From Longimicrobiales bacterium (GTDB lineage: Bacteria; Gemmatimonadota; Gemmatimonadetes; Longimicrobiales; Gaopeijiaceae), in the NCBI GenBank assembly GCA_965226375.1, contig CBDDCX010000005.1, positions 256,001-320,000 on the forward strand: a stretch of DNA of 64,000 bases. Direction: 5' to 3'. Under the pieces are notes generated by a model. That model did not search any database. It had not been told where the DNA came from and saw only the letters and a program-made list of their open reading frames with translations. Of this stretch, positions 58,859 through 64,000 are shown in pieces. Numbering within the stretch: position 1 is the stretch's first letter; every line of letters starts with the position of its first letter. The position numbers and the translations under genes are program-made.

Positions 58859-58973
58859 GGGTCCTACGCCAACGCAACCAATATCCGCGGGAATAGCGAT
58901 GTGGATTTGGTGGTCGAGGCCACATCGGTGAATTACTCCAACCTCTCCTCCCGAAGAGAAGAAGAAGTTGGGT
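58853..58973 (+). pseudogene. CD-NTase (CdnE-like, CBASS cyclase) fragment
   Basis: VQGSYANATNIRGNSDVDLVVEATSVNYSNLS, then a frameshift to EEKKKLG; GS...SDxD nucleotidyltransferase signature. Confidence 0.75.
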
Positions 58974-59129
58974 GTGGGGAACCGTCGAGGGTCTTAAACT
59001 GACCCTTGAAGTCCAGCCGACCAGATGGCGTTGGGTGCGTCGAAGGGAGCTGTGGGCCTGCCGGGATGCGGACGCCTACGACTCCTGCGCGGCTTCTTCA
59101 CGAGTCCCTCACGGAGGAAGTACTTGTGG

Positions 59130-59301
59130 AGGATGCCGGCGGGATGGTGGCTTCGGCCTTGAGGTCTTTATGCATGCGTTCGTGACGGCCATTCTGCTGG
59201 GGTGAAGCCGGCTCGATGAGGTCGGGCAGGATACCGAGCTTGATCCACCAGACCGAGAGACGAGAGAGTCGGCCGAGGGCGATGGAAGCGAAGGGGGTCC
59301 C
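59130..59301 (-). pseudogene. IS481-family transposase fragment
   Basis: GTPFASIALGRLSRLSVWWIKLGILPDLIEPASPQQNGRHERMHKDLKAE. Confidence 0.8.
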
Positions 59302-59352
59302 GCACGGCTGTTCGGAGCGGCGAAGACAGTCCGCGACGGAACTCGTGCCGGC

Positions 59353-59706
59353 CTAGCTCCACATGCTCCTGAGCTGGTCGAGATGTGTCTTCTGATTCAC
59401 TTGGAGGTCTTTCTCGATCCAGAACTGGAACCGGCGAAAGACGTCCAGATAGACCGTGCTAAATGAACGACGTAAGTAGGTCTCGTTCACGATACCACCC
59501 TCGATCGCCAGGTACATTTCCTCCCAGAAGTTGAACATCGTAAGGATGGAACGTTCCAGGGTCTCGTCCTCATGAACACGCCCCTAGAGTGCTTCGTCAG
59601 ACAGTCGACTCGCTTGCTTCTTGATCTGCCGCGTCATGTCGCGCGCTGCCATCAGAGACGAGGAATCCCACCGTCGTAGGTACTCGAAAGCGTTCTCGGT
59701 GGAACG
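59353..59706 (-). pseudogene. DUF4760-like pseudogene
   Basis: AFEYLRRWD...EAL*GRV...FNFWEEMYLAIEGGIVNE...W; internal TAG stop and no start. Confidence 0.5.
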
Positions 59707-59840
59707 TTAGACGCCATGCCTTTGCCATGACTTAGGAGAACTCCGCCATGTCGTTCCAAGGCCGCCAGTTGGAGTGGGTCGTATTGGTGACAGGAAAGAA
59801 GTGGTTTAGGTTGTTTGTCGGCAAACAGATAGAAGTGCCC

Positions 59841-59913
59841 GCCCCGCTAGCTCAACTGGTAGAGCAACTGACTCTTAATCAGTAGGTTCGGGGTTCGAGT
59901 CCCTGGCGGGGCA
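59841..59913 (+). tRNA. tRNA-Lys(CTT)
   Basis: GCCCCGC/GCGGGGC acceptor stem, D-arm GCTCAACTGGTAGAGC, anticodon stem ACTGA/TCAGT with loop CTCTTAA, T-loop GGTTCGAGTCC; CCA not encoded. Confidence 0.96.
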
Positions 59914-59985
59914 CTGCAGTAAGTGCATAAATAACAAGTACTTAACTGCTAAGTCGATGATAGTGTAAGGCGAGGATATTTGGTG

Positions 59986-60006
59986 TGGCGTCCATATGGC
60001 GTCCAT
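59986..60006. repeat. Tandem TGGCGTCCAT repeats (integrase arm-type site candidate)
   Basis: Copies at 59986-59995 and 59997-60006, about 70 bp from the tRNA end. Confidence 0.65.
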
Positions 60007-60049
60007 GTGGCTGTAACTGGGCCAAGGATGAGGCGCCGGAGCGGCAGAG

Positions 60050-60400
60050 TTGAGCCCGGGCAAGCGACGGAGAGCCTGCAAGGCGCTGGGGCTGGAGAAG
60101 CACCAGGCGCTGATCGTGGCGCACCGGGGCGCACACGTGCACGTGATCGTGAACCGGGTCGACGCACAGAGCGGGAAAGCGGCGGGGTTGAGCCGGAGCA
60201 AGCTGCGCCTCTCGAAGTGGGCGGCAGGATACGAGCAGGGGCAGAGGGGTGGCCTGGCAGCGGGCCGAGGAGCGTCCGCACTGGCAAGCGGATTGCAGCA
60301 CGGGCGAGGGAAGAAGCTCCGGGATCTGGAGCGCCGGAGCAGACGGGAGTGGGCGGAGCTCTACGGGCGTCAAGGGCTGGACGCGGCCGGCAGCGACTGG
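60050..60400 (+). pseudogene. Relaxase (MOB_P/VirD2-like) fragment
   Basis: ALGLEKHQALIVAH...HVHVIVNRVD HUH motif; N-terminus missing, frameshifted. Confidence 0.72.
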
Positions 60401-60580
60401 CGTCCGCCTGCCTCTTGGCCCGGTCCCAGTCGCGATGCCCGAGCGACTTGCTAAGCCTCCGTCCGCCTTCGCGCCACTCGATCCGGAGGAGACCGGTCCC
60501 GGGGTCTGGAAAGACCAGCACCCGATTCCGGCCCCGCCCGCCGGCGCTGTAGCTCGTGCGACTGCGTTTTGTGCCATCAT
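60400..60580 (-). pseudogene. Tyrosine integrase N-terminal fragment
   Basis: KRSRTSYSAGGRGRNRVLVFPDPGTGLLRIEWREGGRRLSKSLGHRDWDRAKRQAD resembles arm-binding N-domains; catalytic domain absent. Confidence 0.55.
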
Positions 60581-60680
60581 CCGATACCCTCCTCGATGAC
60601 GGACTGCACGATTAAGCCCGCTCGAAACCTCGCGCAGCGAAGGCTTCGCCGCCAGACGAGACTCGGCCAGCGCCCCGGCC

Positions 60681-60960
60681 TCATGGGGGAGGTCCCCTCG
60701 AGCGATCCCGGGTGTGCCGGGCCTTCCGGCGTTCGGGACCTTGCCCTCGGGGACCAGGCGTCCCAGGTGAGCGGCACAGTAGCAGCTTTCCCCCCCCGGC
60801 TGCCTCTGTCAGCGTCAGAATCGTGTCGTCTCTGTGGCGCAGGGCGGTTTCGAGCTGCGCCGCGCAGGCCTCCAGCGCCACGGCCGATGTCCCGCCCCCG
60901 TAGCGGCGCAGGGTCCTGGCCCGCGTGCGCCAGTCCGCGCGGGCAGGATCTCGATGGATG
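60681..60960 (-). pseudogene. Excisionase-like HTH protein, frameshifted
   Basis: ALEACAAQLETALRHRDDTILTLTEAA continues after a G/C run as ESCYCAAHLGRLVPEGKVPNAGRPG; directly upstream of the integrase fragment. Confidence 0.45.
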
Positions 60961-61022
60961 TTCGCTCGATCATGTCCGCACTTCCGGGTCTCGACGATTC
61001 GCGGCCGACCCGAGCCCGGTAT

Positions 61023-61337
61023 TCAGTCCCAGTCGCCCTCGGCGTCGCTCTTGAGTGCGCGGGCGAGCTCGGGATCGCCCTCACCGCGCCGGACGGAGCG
61101 CTCGACGAGATCGACGCGCCGCCCCAGGTCGGCGAGTCCGGCGGCGCGAGCGACGGCGTAGGTGGCGGCCGCGACGGCGCCGAGCGCCAGCGCCGAGTGC
61201 AGGACGATCGGGATGCCGTGGTCGGCGAGGATCACCGTCCAGAACGGCGCGAGGTATTCGAGGCGCGGCCCGGCGAGGACGAGGCCCGAGCCGACAAGTG
61301 CGGCTGTGAGCCCCGCACTGATTCTCCAAGGCTGCAT
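61023..61337 (-). CDS. Hypothetical membrane protein
   Basis: GGAGGA RBS; two TM helices. Confidence 0.6.
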   Translation of the reverse strand: MQPWRISAGLTAALVGSGLVLAGPRLEYLAPFWTVILADHGIPIVLHSALALGAVAAATYAVARAAGLADLGRRVDLVERSVRRGEGDPELARALKSDAEGDWD

Positions 61338-61360
61338 CGCTGGATCCTCCGGGGGGGGGG

Positions 61361-62248
61361 CTAGAGTTCGAGCGCGGCCGGATCCCGGTCGGCCGGCCCT
61401 CGCAGGGAGGAGCGATCTGCGCCGTCGCCCACGCCGAGTGAGCGGAGCAGGCGCGCGGCGGCCGGTCCGTTGGCGTGCATCCGGAACCCGGCGGCGGCCT
61501 TGGCACGTATGGATCCAGCCCGGTAGTTGCCGGATGCGACCTCGATGTTGACGCGTCCGCTTCGTCCCTCGGAGTCGGTGTACTCGATCTGCGCATCGGG
61601 GTAGAGCACGCGGCCTTGGGCATCGATCGGCAAGCCGAGCTCCTGGGCCACGCGGTGCCGCTCGGCGTCGGCGGCCCGGCGGCCGTCTTTCGCACGCGCG
61701 GACTCGCTCTTGCGTGCTACGGCGCTCTTGAACTCGCCGTCGAGACGCACACGGCGGACGGTGGCCCCCTGCTCGATCAGGCGTTGGTGCTCCTGGCGGC
61801 AGGCCCGATAGATGGCGGTGTCGTGCGCGGCTTCGGCGGGCCGGGTACGGCCGGCACCGATCTCCTGGCCGGGATCGATGCCCCGCTCGGCGGCCAGCTT
61901 CCGGGCCTCGGCCACGCCTTTGCGCGTGAGGGTCAGCACCTTGAACGGGTTGCCGTTGGGTCCAGTGGCTCGGGTTTCTTGGGCGAGCCCTTCGCGTATC
62001 CAGGCGTTCACGGCCCGGCGCGTGGTGTAGGGATGGCCGCCGAAGCGAGCCTCGGCGAGGTCGCGGACGGAGACGGCGCCGTAGATGCCGATGTCGGCGA
62101 GCGCCCCACGGCACCGTTGTCTGAAGGAGGTGGACCCGCGGTCCCGGCTCGCGTCGTATTCTCGGCGATGGCCGTCCCGCATGCGGTAGATAGCGCGGCT
62201 TTGTGGCGCGGCGGGCCGCGGGTCCGATCCGATCGTGCGGTCGAACAT
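61361..62248 (-). CDS. Winged-helix/nuclease-like element protein (replication-relaxation-like)
   Basis: wHTH-like LTLTRKG, AHD, YPDAQIEY...NIEV PD-(D/E)xK-like motif. Confidence 0.55.
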   Translation of the reverse strand: MFDRTIGSDPRPAAPQSRAIYRMRDGHRREYDASRDRGSTSFRQRCRGALADIGIYGAVSVRDLAEARFGGHPYTTRRAVNAWIREGLAQETRATGPNGNPFKVLTLTRKGVAEARKLAAERGIDPGQEIGAGRTRPAEAAHDTAIYRACRQEHQRLIEQGATVRRVRLDGEFKSAVARKSESARAKDGRRAADAERHRVAQELGLPIDAQGRVLYPDAQIEYTDSEGRSGRVNIEVASGNYRAGSIRAKAAAGFRMHANGPAAARLLRSLGVGDGADRSSLRGPADRDPAALEL

Positions 62249-62271
62249 CTGCTAGGGCTCCGTCCTCGACG

Positions 62272-63290
62272 TCAGCGGCTCGGGCCGAAGCTCCGGGTCG
62301 GGAGCGGCGGACGCTCCGGCCTTGCGGCGTGCTGCGGGTCGGAGGCGCGGGTGGCGGCCACCGGCTCCCGTTCGGGCTCACGCTCGCGGCTGCGGGCGAG
62401 CACGAAGTCGGAGATCTTCTGCGCGTCGGCCGCGGCGCGGCGGATCTCCCGGGGGTCCTCCTCGAGGGCAGCGACCCACCCCTCGACGTACGCGGCGCCC
62501 CTGCTCGGGTCGTGGCCCACGCCCACGCGCTCGCCCGTCATCATGGCGCTGATCTCCGCGCGCAGCTCCTCCTTCGCATAGGCCGGCGAGCCGAACCCGC
62601 CCTCGATCCCTTGGGTGAGCGTAGCGCGGTTCATCCGCTCGGGATGGCCGGTGCTGTGCCCCAGCTCGTGGAGCGCGGTCTGGTAGTAGTGGTTGGCCGA
62701 GGGGAACTGTCCGCGCTCGGGCAGCACGATCTCGTCGTTGTTCAGGTTGTAGAACGCGCGGTCGCCGGCGACGTGACGGACGGGGACCCCGCTGTCTTCC
62801 AGCACCCTTCGGCGTTCTGGTGGACCTTCCAGAGCGGCTCGGCAGTGGGCGTCGGCCGGGCCGGCAGCCCGTCGGCCTGCTCGGCGTTGAACACGGTGTA
62901 CTGCCGGACGACGGGCGTGGGCATCCGCTCGTGGCGGTAGACGCGCTTGCCCTCGTTGTCCCTGACGGGCCGGCCGCGCTCGTCGTTGACGGCGATCTTC
63001 CGGTGGTCCTGAAACGAGAGGATGCGGGTGCCGCGCTCGCCTTTTCTGACCTGTCCGCCCCGGGCCTGGATCTGGCGGTAGGTGCCCCAGCGGACGTCGC
63101 CGTAGCCGCGCTCCTGCTGGACGGCGGCAAGATGCAGGCTGTTGCCGCCCGCGTAGGAGCGTCCGGTGTCGACGTTGGCGGGAAGCACGCGCTCGCCCGG
63201 CCCCCAGGGCTTCTGCCAGGGCGCGGTGCCCTGGCGGATCTGCTCGATGATCCCCTCGGCGAACTGGCGGTGATATTCGTCGTGTTTCAT
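62272..63290 (-). pseudogene. ardC: ArdC antirestriction/ssDNA-binding protein, frameshifted near 62808
   Basis: PWQKPW, YAGGN, WGTYRQ, VRKGE and VFN in one frame; LHELGHSTGH and YAKEELRAE in the other. Confidence 0.82.
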
Positions 63291-63517
63291 AGCTCTTCCT
63301 CCTCGGGGCCATGCGGATCGTGCCCCGCGTCCCGGATCTCGTCGTCGGTGCCCACGTCCTCGGGGAAGAGGCCGTACTCTTCGGCCAACGATGCCGGCAC
63401 CTCGAGGGCCTCGCCCCCGTCGCGCGCGAGCTCCCGGTCGAAGTCGTCGAGCGTCTCGATGCGGACGATCTTCTCGTCGCTTTCCATGGCCTCACTCCTT
63501 TTCTGTTGGTTCTTCAT
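63287..63517 (-). CDS. Small acidic hypothetical protein
   Basis: Overlaps the ardC start; GGAG RBS. Confidence 0.5.
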   Translation of the reverse strand: MKNQQKRSEAMESDEKIVRIETLDDFDRELARDGGEALEVPASLAEEYGLFPEDVGTDDEIRDAGHDPHGPEEEEL

Positions 63518-64000
63518 CGTGCTTCCTCCAGATCGGTCTCGGTGAGCCAGCGATTGGCGGCCGCGTCGTAGCCCCGGACCGGAGCGCCTCCTCGACGAAC
63601 CGCCGGCCCCCGCGGCGGGTCATGTGGACGACGAGCGAGATGCCGTCGACCACGCCCCTGCAGGTGACCTCCCAGGGGAGCGCGCCTCCGGCCTGCATGG
63701 CGCAGCTCGCCAGGCGCGATAGCGCGGAGCTGGCGTTGTTGGCGTGCACGGTGGTGAGCGATCCGCCGTGGCCCGTGTTCAGCGCCTGCAGCAGATCGGC
63801 GGCCTCGCCGCCCCTGACCTCGCCGACCACGATGTGGTCGGGCCGGTGGCGCAGCGCGTGCCGCACGAGGTCGCGGATCGATACGGGCGCCTCGGAACCG
63901 ACCGCACCCGCCTCGAAGCGGAGGCAGTTCGCGCGCTCGATCCTGAGCTCGAGCGTGTCCTCGATGGCGACGATCCGCTCCTCCTCGGGAAGCAGTTCGA
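63514..64000 (-). CDS. VirB11/CpaF-family secretion ATPase, C-terminal part (partial, frameshifted near the end)
   Basis: IVAIEDTLEL, ALRHRPDHIVVGEVRG, NTGHGGSLTTVHA. Confidence 0.85.
   Translation of the reverse strand, partial: RTASRGGADRRHRGHARAQDRARELPPLRGGCGRFRGARIDPRPRAARAAPPARPHRGRRGQGRRGRRSAAGAEHGPRRIAHHRARQQRQLRAIAPGELRHAGRRRAPLGGHLQGRGRRHLARRPHDPPRGPAVRRGGAPVRGYDAAANRWLTETDLEEAR

Larger units (their letters stand above)
58149..59838. mobile_element. Degraded island between the tRNA 5'-half copy and the intact tRNA
   Basis: Flanked by the 40-bp direct repeat; contains gene fragments (CD-NTase, IS481, DUF4760-like). Confidence 0.7.
59914..64000. mobile_element. Decayed integrative conjugative/mobilisable element at the tRNA-Lys 3' end (continues past the window)
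   Basis: Arm-like repeats, relaxase, integrase and excisionase-like fragments, ardC, VirB11-like ATPase; higher GC. Confidence 0.8.

Noticed and set aside
58149..59878. Group I intron in the tRNA-Lys anticodon loop
   Set aside because: The 5' half is duplicated and the downstream tRNA is already complete; the insert is gene debris with no recognisable intron core
61023..63495. Long Arg/Pro-rich ORFs 61023-62381 and 62272-63495 as whole genes
   Set aside because: Only their 3' portions are protein-like (the membrane protein and the ArdC C-terminus); the rest is out-of-frame overlap

Overview
GC-rich bacterial chromosomal segment. Gene content and protein style suggest Gemmatimonadota, which is an inference. 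Most of the window is housekeeping and peptide-scavenging genes: mlaE/F/D, NUDIX, AI-2E, FNR plus trxB, fumC, M28-M14/M19/M20 peptidases, ggt, a pterin cluster (folB, folK, folM-like, PTPS, folE), fadD, cutA, a TPR-macrodomain-transglutaminase-ABC operon, leuA-like, ilvE, msrB, an IDH/IPMDH-family gene and gcdH. Several features are missing from the ORF track. (1) A probable 6S RNA at about 8993-9144. (2) A proteasome-beta-like (Ntn hydrolase) gene split by an IS1595 element with an 8-bp target duplication (37.6-38.9 kb), next to an abruptly truncated ABC permease. (3) A tRNA-Lys(CTT) between two mobile-element remnants. The upstream one is flanked by a duplication of the tRNA 5' half and holds a CdnE-like CBASS cyclase fragment, an IS481 fragment and a DUF4760-like pseudogene. 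The downstream one is a decayed integrative/conjugative element with relaxase, integrase N-terminus, excisionase-like, ArdC and VirB11-like pieces. The best candidates for uncharacterised systems are an orphan cytochrome b (PEWY replaced by PFWP) paired with a His-tipped membrane-anchored protein, the biopterin-type PTPS cluster with a Tyr-to-His pteridine reductase, and the TPR/macrodomain/transglutaminase/ABC operon. All family calls come from motif recognition by eye; no searches were run.
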